Shown: positions 24,029 to 39,000 of the stretch, piece by piece
Layout of the letters: each line of letters begins with the position of its first letter
Numbering within the stretch: position 1 is the stretch's first letter
Made by a program: the position numbers and the translations under genes
Assembly: GCA_964247055.1 (NCBI GenBank)
Contig: OZ176053.1
Location: forward strand, 9,982,001-10,046,000
Length of the DNA: 64,000 bases
Direction: 5' to 3'
DNA from: Paragordius varius
Lineage: Eukaryota > Animalia > Nematomorpha
The notes under the pieces: model-generated
What the model was told of the DNA's origin: nothing
The model's database searches: none
Seen by the model: the letters and a program-made list of their open reading frames with translations, nothing else

Positions 24029-27000
24029 ATGGGAATATTTGATGCTTATGATGAATCTACTAAAACTAATACATCAGTATCCCAATGTACACGATTAATT
24101 GATTATGTTGTTTTTGTCGGCCGTTACGATGAACTTCACGATGCTGCAAGCAGTCCATTTTCATCCGACAATGATGTCACAGAAAACAGAAGAAATCTTG
24201 ATTTTGAAAACACACGTATGCCAATACTTTTAAGAAGATTGCCATATTTTGACCATGATGATTTTAAGTTACCTTTGGATGTTATTTGTTTTGCGCAACC
24301 AGAAGGATGCGCTATTTTACCCAATAGCAAAATTATTTTAAACAATAAAAACAAGATAGAGAACACTTACAGAAAGAATCCTAATAATGATCCTTTTGAT
24401 GCATCAATTTCCTCCAATAGCACCGATAACAATAGTAGTAGTGACGAAAGTTCTCGAACAGTACAGTTTAATCACGATAATCGAACTTTACCTAGTTTCA
24501 GAGAAAGCTTGGATAATATAGCTGATAATCAAAATTATTTGTCGTCAAATAATAACGCATATATTGATACGAGTCACAGAGAGATTACGACATTCGTTTT
24601 CACCCTTACTGACAAAGACAGTGGCCGGACACGGTTTGGAATATGCTTGAATTATTATCAAACTATATACTCTAGCTTGGATAAGAATCAATCTAAATAT
24701 ACCGTTACTCAAACCTCTATGCTAAGTCAAGAAAAAGTTTTGACATCACTCTGTATTTTGAGTCATTACCCATTTTTCTCGACCTTCCGTAATTTGTTGA
24801 TTCTAACCAAACGTTTAATTGATGCCGGTCAACAATTTTGTTGTGATAATTTTCAAAGACCTGGATATCGGTGAATTTTTTTACATGTCTTTGCTTGTCT
24901 TTAAAAATTATATTGTCTACAAAGATGATAGGTTTAACGGTTAGAAAAGCGAAAAGCAAATCTTTTGTTTATACACCAGAGACTTATAAATAATATTTTT
25001 GTGGTTGTGTCACAAACTTTTTTTTTAAATTGGAAATACGATTAAATCTAAATTAGCTTTCATACCAACCAACATAAGATATTACTTTATCCTTGAAATG
25101 TTTTTAAGGTCATTGCCAAAAAGTTAGCTTAATTAAACTACGAAAACTCCAAAATTATTTAAATATTATATTAGACAAATAGGAGGCTTACGAATAAAAT
25201 CTAGCTTAAAATAATTTCTTATGATTTAAATATGGAAAAAACCTGCGTCAAAAATCTAATCTGCATTAATTTGTTGACTATAAAAAATGAAGGTCACGGC
25301 TTAAAATACCATTTTAATTTAATAAATCAAATTTCAATGTTCCTTCCCTTAACTACCATAGCTTAATGCTGTAAAAAAAATCTTTAATCTTTTTTCATTA
25401 ATTGCATATTATTTACTAGCTTAAAAAATTTGCATATTATTTACAGTGTGTTTATAATTATTTATTTTGGAAATTGGAATATATAGTATTTTTTTGCATA
25501 TTTTACCATTGATTTGGCAATAGTTAACTAAAATTATATAAGTTGAAGAGAATTTAATTTGTCAACGTTATTAGTTGATATATTAAATTGATAAATCCAA
25601 ATATTACAAAAATAGTTTTGCAATTTAGGAATAACTTTTATCAAAATAAACAATTTGTCAACTTAGTAATATCTAAATCACATAAACTTTTAGGAATTTT
25701 ATTTGGGATATTAACTTTTATATTTTCTTATTTAATAGCGCTGAACAAATATATTGGGATTTGCTTACAAGTTATAAACCAGATATTACTCTTGAAGGAC
25801 GAATAAGCCATTTTGAATCTGAAGAGGGTATCATTATAGAACCAATGATTTGTAACATACTGTATGCCATTGAAAATTGGTTACAGCGGTTATTATTGAG
25901 TCCTGTCCCCATACCTGGGAAAACTAAATTACAAGTACATCTTTTTTTATTTTAAATATTTACTTTACTTTAAAAGAAGTTATTTTTTGCAACTTTTTAA
26001 AGTGGTGTTTTTTATTAATATATTATTTAAATTGGGGATAATAATGAATTGTAATAGAGACACTTAACTAAACTGAACTAATTTATCATTATTCCCAAGA
26101 GGCTATTTTCTCATGATTACTTTTTGCTTCTTGGAATTTTTATTGGTGAAATTCTTGCTGACAATCATATAAAAGTTGCTTATATATATATATATATATA
26201 TAAATATATATATTTGAAATTATGCTATTTTTGAATTTAACATTTGTTTTTTGGCGTATTTCACTGATAAGATAGCTTTAAATATTATATATTGATTTAT
26301 AAATTATTTTTTATTCGTTTTCTCCCCTTGTTTCGAGCCATGTTTTTGCCAAATTATAAACCACAGTACATGTTGGTTTAATTAATTTTTGATTTTATGA
26401 GCAGTTAAAATATGGTTTTTACATCCTTGATATTTCTTGGTTTTTTAATTAAAATATTTATATGTCTAAGAATTAAAATTATAAATTAAATTAATTAGAC
26501 AGGAGGAGAGGCATTTTATCATTTTAGACGAATATTTAATGCCATTAAAACTCAGATATTTTGAAAATGAGTAAATTAATAAAAAAATTGTCCAAATCTA
26601 ATTAACCAAGTTGTCATCAATGTAATATTTTTTTGTCACCTCTTTTTTCTATAGGAATTATTTCAAATATCTTTTGTGATGTTTAGGTTAAAGGCATCGA
26701 AAAAAACAATACTAAGAATAGGATATACATATAAGATTTTTCTAGCATCTATTTTTATTAATTCGTGGTACAGAGCGCATATTTAAGTTGCTGTTTTCCA
26801 AGAAGGAACATATACTATATATATATATATATATATAGATGAAACATACATTTTATGTGTGAAAATCAATAATAATAGAATCATAATGAAAATGATAATA
26901 TTAACCATTTTTGTTTTAATAATGTATTATATGATGTGATGGTGGATTATAACTGTTTTTTTGCTTCTATTCACGTTTACAGTTTTAACCTTTTGTACCA

Positions 27001-30000
27001 TCTCTTCCGGGCCATTAATTATATGGGAATGTGTTTTAGTAAAAATATAATCAAATTTTTAATTTTTTTACACAAGATTACTTATCTAATGAAATATATT
27101 TTTATATATTATATCTTAATTTTTTAACTTTAAACTTTAAGGGTAGGTAAATTAGAAACTTTAATTTTTTAAACAAAAGTTTATTATTGGAAAAATGATT
27201 TTTTTATATTAACGCATGTTTTTAATGGCGTAGGTGTTAGACATATATACATACATACGTACATATTTGTACTTTTAGGCCTTTACAAACACAAAAGTTA
27301 TTACAAAACATAACCAATCCGTTCATTACCATTACAAAAATATGATGTTATTATTGCAATCAATCAATAAATTATTTTTGTTTTATGCCTTCTTTAAGCT
27401 TGTTCTTATTTTTTTAAAGTTATATAGCGATAATGTAATTGATTTGGGTAAAATATGATAATTTTAAAAATGGATACTGAACATTAACATAAGCATAATC
27501 TTTAGATATTTTGTTATCCAATCTATTATGCCAACTTCAAAGAATTTTTTTAATCATATTGAAGATTATTCAAAATTGTTGTCACGCAATAAGCGCGCAT
27601 CCATCAAAAGATATATACTATATTATATTATATTATAGTATGATGGGTAAATCAAAATGGATATTTAACGAAATTAATATAACATACATTGGTCGCATAC
27701 TGTAATAAATTTACTTTTTTATACTGTTTTTGGTATTTTATTTGACACATCTTTTGAGAAATAACACGTTTTTTTAATTATTTCCACAGAGAAGGAGCAC
27801 ATACTCAAATTTGTTGATAATTAATGTTTATGTGATTATAATAATGAGGCATAGAGTGGAAATATGGGGCCTAATTTAAATTCAAGGGTTTCAACAAAAT
27901 TAAAATTTTGATCTTTTACTACCATATAATGTAAAATAATTTATCTATGTGTTTGATTTGTTTAAAAAATATGACTATTTTTCATTAAAATTTGATTTAA
28001 ATAAAGTTAGTAAATCGTAAAGAATAACATTTTATTTTCTATTCAAGTCACCATAAACCTTTTTTTGTTAATTAGTTTTTTTTGTCAAATCTATTCTTTT
28101 ATGTTAGAGGCAAGCCGCTCTTTCACCACATGATTGGACTAATGAAATTTCCGTTTGTGTTTAAATTATACCTTATATAAAAAAAGTGGACAGGATTTTT
28201 TACAATTTTTTTTATTAATTTTAAAATATCACAACTTATTTTTACCGATTTTTATAATTATTTAATTATTTGCTTGTTTCAGCGTGATAAAATTTTAAAT
28301 GAGTTTTCATTATATAAATTTTAGTCCTAAATGAATAAATAATACACTTTTAACCCAACTTTATATACAGTAGCGTATGGCATAAAACAATGTTAGTCTA
28401 TAAACTAAAAAATGTTTTTAAAAAAAATAAAGGGATAATATGGATATGTCTTTATACAACTAGGTTGCTTTTTAAAATTAACATCTTCTATTATGGACTA
28501 ACATTGTTTTATGCCATACGCTACTGTATATCATGTTTTTTTGATGTATTCCTATATTTTTCAATAATAGCTATTTTATAAAGATTTAATTAGTGTTTTC
28601 GATTAACAATCGTGGTATGGTTTACCTTTTTCCGACTAATTAAATTGAATTAATATATTCCTCTAAACCCGTTTATTTGATTTCAAACTTATCCATTTTT
28701 GGTGTACTTACACATTTCTAATTAATAGCTAACGAAACATGGTTATTTTAACATGCATGATATTCACCTACTCAAAAATTTAAACATTAATTTGAAAAAA
28801 CCTAAAACACTTTTTACCGTTTTCCCTGCCGGCTCAGGTTTACTAAATTAGAAATTTGTGTCATTTCTAAATTAACACATTTTAAAACCGGTTTCGTTTG
28901 AGAAAAACGCCAAGCTAATTTTTGGAAAGCAGTTGAATATGTATCGACCGTGATTTTTATTATTCACAAGATATTTTTCTTAACAAATTTACTCGAAATT
29001 TATAATTTTTTTCCAATACCTATAGTTATAGTTTGTTAGTCCTTACTTTTTACTCCAAGAATGTACATTATTTAATATATGGTTAATATAAATCTTAGTA
29101 TTCTGATTATTAATTAAAAATTATAATATATTTTGCAACTTTAGTGGTTCCAAGGACGCTTTATACATTTTTTCTAACTTTTTTTAGTTTTTTAAAAAAT
29201 AAAAATACAGGTATGACATTCATTTATCTGTTGGGTTAGGGCCAATTTTTATGCAAAAAAATCATAGGAGGAAAAATAGGGAATAATATTAAATTTTTAC
29301 ATTAATATTAGATCAGTTTTTTGGGGTGATTTTCCGATATCTTTTCATATTTTAATTTATAATATCTATTTATTGTGAGATATATTAAAAAAATTGTAGT
29401 CGTGTCTTACGTTTCTCATACAACTTTCTGTTGGTAAATGAATATTTTTATTATTTTGCTAATGAATATTTTATTAATATAAACCGTGAAAGAATAGAAT
29501 ATAGAATCTAATTTATATCAAGGTCATCAATACACACACGTTGTAATTAAAGGTAAAAAAATAGTTGCGCTTTTATATCCACACTGTAATTAATTAATTA
29601 GTTTTATCTAATATTACCTTAAATCATTCATGTGTTTATATATTCAATAATACAGTACATTTATTTGTTTTATAATTATTGGTAGAAAAAAACATGGATA
29701 TAGGCCAAAAGTTTAAAACTTATTTTTTTGGGTAAATATTGTTAAAATCAAATTACTCAAAAATTACTGATATACCTTTAATTGTGGTAAAAGAAAATTT
29801 TTTAAGTAAATAATTTTTTTTAAATTTTAGAATATATATATATTATATATCGTGTTTATTAAATTTAAAACTAAATAATGGTAAATATACAATTTAGCTG
29901 AACGTATTACCGCCCTTTTATGAACCTCAAAACTTGCTTTTTGCCCTTCCAGATTCAAGTCGGTTTTGTTTGATAGATTTCCCTCTTCATTTACCACTGG

Positions 30001-33000
30001 AATTGCTGGGGATCGAAACATGCCTTAAAGTGTTAACTTGCTTAGTTTTGGAACAAAAAGTAAAAATTAATTTGCTACAAAGCCATATTTTATGACAGAA
30101 TTTATAAACGTTTAAATAAGGGTTAAAATAATTTACAATTTAGATCAGAATTAATAATGAAATTAAATAAATCTTTTAAATATAAATGTTCTCCGAAATT
30201 GAAATGTATCTTTTTATAACGCTTGATCAATTATCAATTTAAAGAAAATAAATTTAAATCTTTTAATTTTTTTTGTATGTATGCCAAATAATCTAATTAT
30301 ATTTTTGTGGAAGTAATACTTATTTATAATATTCTTAAATATTTCAACACTATAGGTCGTTTTGCAATCCAGAGATCACAACGCACTGACTATGAGTCTA
30401 TTAGCGTTAGTGGCTATGATTTATCCGTTGGAATACATGTTCCCTATTATACCGCTTCTACCTATCACTCTTCATGGATCAGAACAAGTGATATTTTATG
30501 AAACAATTAAAATATAATTAAAGTTTTACCGTTCAGTTATATTTTAGTGATAAATTAAAAATTATGCGAAATAATTTACAAATGCATACATATATTTTTC
30601 TTATTTTTTTGCATTATCAATAGCTTTTATTGGCTCCAACCCCTTATTTTATTGGGATACCTTCGTCATTTTTAATCTATAAGGGTGTTAATTTACCCAA
30701 GGATGTTTGGTTAGTTGATTTGGACACTAATAAAGTAAAATTTCAGCCATTAGTACACCGATATATAGCAGGCATTTTAGTGGTTGCTTACTACACACTC
30801 TAGTTGGGCAATTTGCAACACAGTAGTGTATTGAAAAAATTAAAAAATATAATAAAATAAACAAAGTAATATAAGAAAGGAAAAAATGTTTATTTAACAT
30901 TTTGTTGTTTTTTCCATACACTTTTGTGTTGCTGATTGCCGAACTATAGTGTGAAATAAGCAACCATTAAAATGCATACTTTATATAAAAATAATTCCGT
31001 TTTAAAGTTTATTCTTACTTGATAAAGTTTTGGTAAATTTAAAGTGTGAATAAAAAATACCATATAATACTATGATATTTACAGATTGTTAATCCGAGTG
31101 GTTTAGAGCTACCTCCTTTCCCCGAACCTGAAGGCACTATTTTACGAACCTATTTGAAACAAGTTTGTGTCTTTTATTATTTAAATATATATTATAATAT
31201 CTTAATGGTAAATTATTTTTTTTGGATAGGCTTTACACAGCATGAGTATTGACCCCAATCTAAGCCCACTCAATGATGATAACCCTTCAAGTTTTGTTGA
31301 AAGTAATGCAACAATCGATAAAATCATTTCTTCACATGATAGCCTTCAGAAAAATTCTTCAATGGCATCGACTCTAGATCGTTCTATACCTCAGAGAAAT
31401 ACCGAAAATATGTTGCATAAAAAGGATACATTTACCCAAGACTCTTTATTGTCTCAAGGAGACGTGGACTCGGTTGATATGGCTACCCGAATTGCTATGG
31501 TAACATTTGAGATTGTGCTTAGAGATTTGGTTTTTAGCGGCTTATATTTATAGGGTGGGATTGTAAAAATTCATGCCATATCCAATAGTATTTGACTCAA
31601 ATATGGAGATTATCACTTAACTTAACATGTTTAATGCTAATGTTAAGAAAATGGTCCGAATGTTGTTTAAATATATTTTTTATTTGTTATAACATAGGTA
31701 AATTTTTTGGATGGGCCCAATGTTTTTTCCCATTTTGAAGATCATTGTCACATACTAAGGCTTTATCCTAGACCTGTGGTAGCTTTTCAAATCGACAGTT
31801 TCATAAAATCACGGCCGAGACCGACACGTTTCGTATATGAATTAGCAAAAACTCAAGTAATATGCCATTTCTGTACTCTTAAATTTTCCATATATGGTAT
31901 TTTAGCTTTACAGTAGAAATTAAGATTAAGGCGTATAACAGATAAATGTTTAAACAAATTAACAAAGAAGCCTTTCACTTAATATTTTAATAATTATTTA
32001 TAAAAACAATTTTAATACTTTAATATTTGTATAGCTTGTGTGATTAGGGCTTATAAATATATTGCTGACTTTAAATTCATAACTTCTCGAATTATTTAGA
32101 ATATTTTGCCTTTGATACCTAAGAATTTTATTTTACTGTAGATTCATAAAATATTTAATTAATGTTCAATAATACATAGTCTAAAAGCTCTAAATTCTAA
32201 AAGATAATTTAATTATCCTTTATTCCAATCATATGTATCAATAGCTAATAATTTTATTTTCTATTAGGCATTCGAATATTTTGCTGAATGGTCGTTATGC
32301 CCAACTAATACAGCTTTTCAGCGGGTCAGAATTGGGATAACGGATCCTCGACTGATTGGAGATAAACCGAAATGGTAAATTATAAATTAATTTTTTTTAA
32401 TTAAAATGCAATAGATTAAATTAAGGTCACGAGATATATTAAATATGGTAATGAATTTTAGAATAAAATTTTAACTTACATTTGGTTATCAAAGGTATAT
32501 TCATTCTTTGGTCCCACAAAACTTTTCTTTGTTGCAAAGCGAACGGATACTTAGGAAAAGTGTATCTGTCGATACGAAATCATATGAACCAGAAAGCATT
32601 ATCACAATTTTGTTTGATCATTACTATGAACAGTTAGGTAATAATTCTAATAAAACCGCTAAAAATTATCCAACCCCTACCGATAAACCTATGAAAATAG
32701 ATGTTTTAACTAATCAGTTGATAACTGCAAATAATCCAAAACGTTACACATCATTTAGTGTAGGTGGATTAGACGAACAAACTTCATCACATGGTAAATT
32801 TTTTTTTGCAAAAACTTCCAAACAAATATTAATTAGTTTAAAACTATATTTAATGTACATATATTATCTTTTTTAAATAATTGGATTCATGTTTACAGTA
32901 TAAAATTTTATCCGATTTATTTTATATGTTTTAGTAATTTCTGATGATGATGCTTCGATAATGAAACCACCATCAACTGTTGATAAATGTAATTATATTT

Positions 33001-36000
33001 TATTTTTACCATGTTTAATTTTTGTCATTTAAACCCTAATTACGATTGTGGGTTTAAGAATATATATTTGGATCTGACAAACCATTTTCTAACGAGCTGA
33101 TTCAATTTTTCGATATCCTCTTTGTTATTAATTAAATTGTTTTTATTAAATTATTTGATAGTGTTGATGGATAACATTTATTTGAATAGATAAGAATTTA
33201 ATTTTGATAAAATTAACCACTCATTTTAAAAGCAATTTCATATAATCGCGCTATACTATGAAAATTAAGAAGCGTGTCTTAATCCTATCCATAATGTTAC
33301 ATATAATTTAATATATCATTTTCACTTTTAACAATTTTCACCCCAAAATAAATTGTGTTTTTTAAGATTAAAACTAACCTATATTTTTTAAACTGAAATT
33401 TTATATAAAATTAAAATAATTTTTAAAAAATAAAAAACTATGCCACTAAATATTTCTTATCAATGAGGAGTTAAATTATCTCTAAAACACATAATTTATT
33501 TTTAGGGTGTAATTAAATTTTTAGAGCGTGAATTTGAATTCAAGAGTAAATTTGAATCGTAAATGGTATATATCATGTTTTGAACTCATAGCTGGTGTTT
33601 TTTGCTTTGCAATCATTCGTTCAAATTTTTTTGATAAATGCACTACTATTTGGATATTTTAACCTTTGTCCAACTACCTATTAATAATATAAATGTAATG
33701 GTATATTGTCGTGAATTTGAAAATTCAAAGTTTATTATATTCTTTGTCTGTATTTTTGTAATAAGGTGCTCATCTAATAATAATTATTTTTAATACCAAC
33801 CCACTTACATTTGATATATTATTATTTAATCTGTAAAAAGTTTTTGCAAAACTATATGAAAAAAATATTTGAATACGTAATTTTTGTTATTATAAGTTAC
33901 TGTATTTATAACACATTTTTATAGTTTAATAACATTTTTGCAACACTTTTTGTTTAGCTGTAAGCTCACCCGAAGATGATAAGGACGCTTCTAATGATGA
34001 TAATCGAAAAGAACAAGACAACCAATCTTCCAACACGTCGACACCTTCATCAAATTCTGAGGAGATTTCTAATTCTGACTCAATTTCGTCTCCGCCGGGC
34101 TCTGTTCCTTCCTCGGTTCCAACTTTGGCTGATTCAAAGATACCTTTCCATAAATCTCAACCATTAAAAGAAAACATTCCTAGTCACAAAAGGGTATCCA
34201 AACAAAAACCATTTTTCTTGAATCCTTCACCGAGAAAAAAGGTAAACTGGCTATTTGGTGTATATATGAGTTAAATTTTAAGGGGCTTATGTTGGCGAAA
34301 AATTATCTTAATGATTTTAAAGTTGATAATCGTATCGTTATTTAAAAAATTCAGGGATATGTTCTATATTTGTAAAATTTTATTTGTTTTTATGTGTAAA
34401 ATAAGGAAACAACTGTTGTCTTTTAGTTAAAATGTATCTTTTACAATGTAAATTTCATCAAAAAGCGCTCTTACAAATTAAATTCTACAAAATATATTTA
34501 TGTCATATATAATCATATAGACATCGGAACTTTTAAAATATGACCAAGAAAAAGCTTTATGTGACATATCAACATCTGAAGACACGGTTTCCAGTAATTT
34601 ACCGGCTCGCCGGAAAAATAAAAGGTAATTCTTGTAAAATTATATTTTTGTTAAATTTTGAAATAACATTTGTTCTATATTATTTAAGTCAACGACGCGT
34701 TAAAAATCGTGGTGAATCAACATTAAACACATATGGCGACAAAATATCCAATTCTCAAAATATGGATGATTTAACCGCACTCTATATCGATCACTTACAA
34801 CACGAAAGGCAAAGTATGAGGATTAAAACATATACGGATAATGTTACTTTTTTAGCATAAAAACCGTACATTTTAAAATTTTTACGAAAATACATTTTTT
34901 CATATTTTTTTTTCAAGGTGATAAGTCATATACAGGAAATATTAATATTTTAAAATTTTTATATTAGTAAACTTTTTACCTTTTCTTATCTTTTTTTGGC
35001 TTGCGAAATAATGATTAAGATGTTAAATGGTAACACACTCCAAAGGAAATCATATGTGGGCTATAAAAAAATCAGATCCAATAATATAGTTTTCTCTATA
35101 AATAAAATAGTAATCTTGTATGTTTTGTCCATATTATGTGCATATAAAATTATATATATATATAAAGGTGTTGGTCATCCTAATATGGATTATAATGCGT
35201 TAGACAATGATGAAATTGACGAACTTTTACATCGAAGACCTGATTTGAGTAGTCATTCTGCTGTGGATCAACTTGATGATATAGGTGATAGATTGATTCA
35301 AAGTTTTTCTACGACCATTAATACTTTAACTTTACCACGCAAACTCCTAGACAATTATGGGAAAACGTTTTGGTTCAAAAGCCGTCAGGAGGTTGATTGT
35401 CTTTGCTTTCTCAATAAATATTTGTGATAATTTTGTGTAATGTTGAAATGTCATTTTTTTGTGTTTGTTGTTTTAGGTATCAATGGATCATGTTTTACCG
35501 TATGGTGCTGGCGGTATGGATTCTGAACTTATAGAGAAAACTAAAAAGACATATCTTGACAATGGGACAAAGTATACTATTAGATAATTGTTGGTTAGAT
35601 TTATATTGAATTTTAATGGATTTTTCTATATTATATAATAGAAAGCTACCGCGTCGATTGCCCAGGGGCGATAGTGCAAACATAGAAAATAGTACTTTAG
35701 CTGAACAACATATTGGTTTCTTTTTTTGTTAATTTATATAAATATTTTGTTTATAAACTTTTAAAATCAAATTAATGAATGTTATTAATATAGATTATAA
35801 ACGGAAACCACACTATAGATCAGGAGAGCAAATTAATTTTACTGGTGTTACCAGGGCACCCTCAGTTCGGTCCGAGATGGGACCAATTAAAGATGTCAGA
35901 AAGTCTATTGATTCAGAGTATTTTTATTGTATTCATATTATCTCATCTTTTCCCAATGGCCCTTATATTTGAGATTTATTATATAATGACTGCATTTATT

Positions 36001-39000
36001 TTTAAATGCGTAATATATTTATAATTTCTGTTTTTTAAATTTGAATAATGAAATATTAATATTTTAACGTTTTTTATGTTTTGTATATAGAAGTTCGGAA
36101 ATATCACTTCAGAATTTTTTATTGGACATTGCTGAGAACGTGGTTAATGGCCAGGGTGTGGGATGGCTTAAATTGCCACGCCTTCGTAATCTACTTAAAC
36201 ATGAGAGTTGTCGTTTATTTCTCATTAATAAGCTCAATACTAACAATACTGATACCTTTGTGTTTCCAGGTAAGTTTACCGTTTTTATCTATTTTTTTTA
36301 TAGATAATCCATAAATAAGGATAAACTTTATGTTTTCGCATTAAACATTAATTTTAAATGTAAATTAAAATGATTTTTTTACCACAAAATATTCACTTTC
36401 CAATCAAAATATGTGAATTAGGGGACATTAATCAGCGGTATTAATGTTTTTTGATTATTTTTAATTTCCATTTTTCATTGATTTTATTTTATTGTATTAG
36501 TAATTTATCACATATGTATAATACAGTTCGTAAACTTTCCGTGGGAGCTGGGAAAATTATTCGAACAACATCAATCTCATCACGACGCGAAGATAGCATA
36601 GATTCTATGATTGATCCTCACAGCCCGTCTTACAATGAGATGACGGCCAATTTCACCAAACATTTGAATGAATTGTTTGACAATAAAAATCAACTTTTAA
36701 CCCACGGAAAAAATTTTGGTGGCACAATCAACTCTGAAAACGAGAAACAACGTACCCCTGTTAATTCCGTGTTTTCTATCAAACCGAAATTTATATCGCA
36801 TGTGGTATATACATTCATACATACATATATTATCAATATATTATATTGATTATAGCTATAATTGGCATCATAATAATGTATTAAAATACCAAATTTATAA
36901 TTCCTTATATATAAAACTCTTTTTCAAACAATTTCTAGTAAATCGCATATGCCAATTTCTATTTTATTTTTTTGCAAAATCATCATTTATATTAGATATT
37001 TTTATTGGTTTTTTATAGTGTTTAAGTAAACCCGTTTGGAAGGGCTATCAAACCGTGTTGCGATGCTGTTTAAGTGGTTTAGAATTCACTTATGCTAATT
37101 ATGGGATTGGCGGGATGGGGTCTGCATACGTTTTTCTCGAAATTATATCAACTCATTACTATTACACGCCTGTTGATGAAGGTATATAACCGATCATATA
37201 TATTATTTGAAAGGAATTCTACTATTCACATTGTTATTTTATGGATTTATAATTATAAGCTTTATTTATTAGGTTGTTACTAGGAATAGATTTTCTTTTA
37301 AATCGGTTTAATTGTTTATGAATGTTGTTATTAAAGGTCCAACCAGTTAATAATACAATTATAAATATATGTTTTGACCACATAAATAACTATGTTAACC
37401 AATTAATTTGTCATATTAATTTTATAAATGACACATAAATACGATTAAATTTAAAGTTCATATTAAACATAATATCTTATTATTATATAAATATAATTCA
37501 GCTAAAATTATATAAATTTATTATGATATTTCGATTACTACAAGTAATCTTTATCAAACATAAAAAATAAAATAAACACTATTTTATTTTATTTTAGAGC
37601 GCGATGCGAAAAAACAGGCTGAGATTGAAAGGAATGATACCTCGACTCCTCCACTGGATATGGTTGAAAATCTCAGGAACCAATGTTCAAACATTATGAT
37701 TGACCCTGAAAGAACTTATAAAAAGGTTTGATCTTTCTAACTCCTAATTTTGAATTTATATCTTATTTTCTTGCTTTCATCATAATAAAGGATCTGAAAA
37801 GTTAATTAATATATAAATTAATTTCTTGTAGCTATAGTAAATCATATTTTTATTAACTTTTCTATTTTCAATCTATATTTGTTTATCAACTTGTAAAAGT
37901 AACACTTAAACATCATATTTGGAATTTAAAATCTTTTATACAAATTAATTTTTCCAACCTTTTATTGAATTGTTTCTAAAAATGTATTTTAAACAAGATT
38001 AAATATTTTTACACCTTTTTGTTTTACAGTTAACTCGTATGGGTTCGAAAATATCCCAATCTATAACTCATGCGGCTTCAAACGTCCTTTCAAACATTGA
38101 TGATAAGTCTACTGTCAATCCTGTCCCCAATGTTGCAACAATTGCGAATGCTCGTTCAGCAAGCCCTGATACCATGATAAAAATGCCCAAATTTAGAAAA
38201 GAATATTTATATGAATCGTTTTTAGGTATTGATTATTTTATTTAATTACATAACTATATGGGCCAAAAGTATATTATTAATACCTAAAAATGCATAAATA
38301 GGTAAAAATAGGTCCAAGTTATGGGATGAAAGTCAATTTTGGCAAGATATCTTTTTAGATGCTGTGAGCCAAGAAAGAGATATGATAGGTTTGGATATTG
38401 GGCCCGGTGAAATGATGAACAGGTACGGTTTTTATTTTAAGTCATTTTTTTACTTTTAATTTATTTAAACGCTTATCAGAAATTTTTTTAAATAATATAT
38501 TTTTAATATTCATGAAATAAATATTTTGTCCATTTTCTTATAGTTTGGTATAACCGGTCAGCTTTTATTCATAGTTAATAAAATAATTTTTAACATTTAA
38601 AATAACAGATTTTTCCATTTATCCGAATCCGAACGAAAGAGATTAGAGAGTGAAGAAGACAATTTATTAGTTATCCAATTATTGAATCTTATAGCCTTTT
38701 CTGTCATGATGAGAGTTAATGTGCGTGATATTAGCCGAAAAGTATTTTTCAGACTTTTTTTTATATTAAGAGTGATTTTTGAAAAGACTTTACATATCTT
38801 TGCCAATTATTCATTTTTTGATGTTTTTTTTCTTTAATTTAGCAATGTAATTTATTAATACTCGGATGACTTTGGTTAAAATATAATTTATTTGTCTTAT
38901 TTCGGTAGGTTTCAAAAAATTATTTTTAGTTATTTTGCAACAAATTAATAATCTCCTACTATTTATATAACTTTTTAGGTGAGACGTTTATTAGCTAAAT

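Noticed and set aside
25588-25806. ORF with [11 protein letters not shown], reminiscent of a CR1/jockey RT C-terminal region
   Set aside because: There is only one weak motif in extremely AT-rich sequence, with no other RT motifs or tail.
29827-30021. Minus-strand 64-aa ORF suggesting a nested gene in MADD
   Set aside because: It is the antisense of a true MADD exon (LNVLPP...LEQK, 29898-30059).
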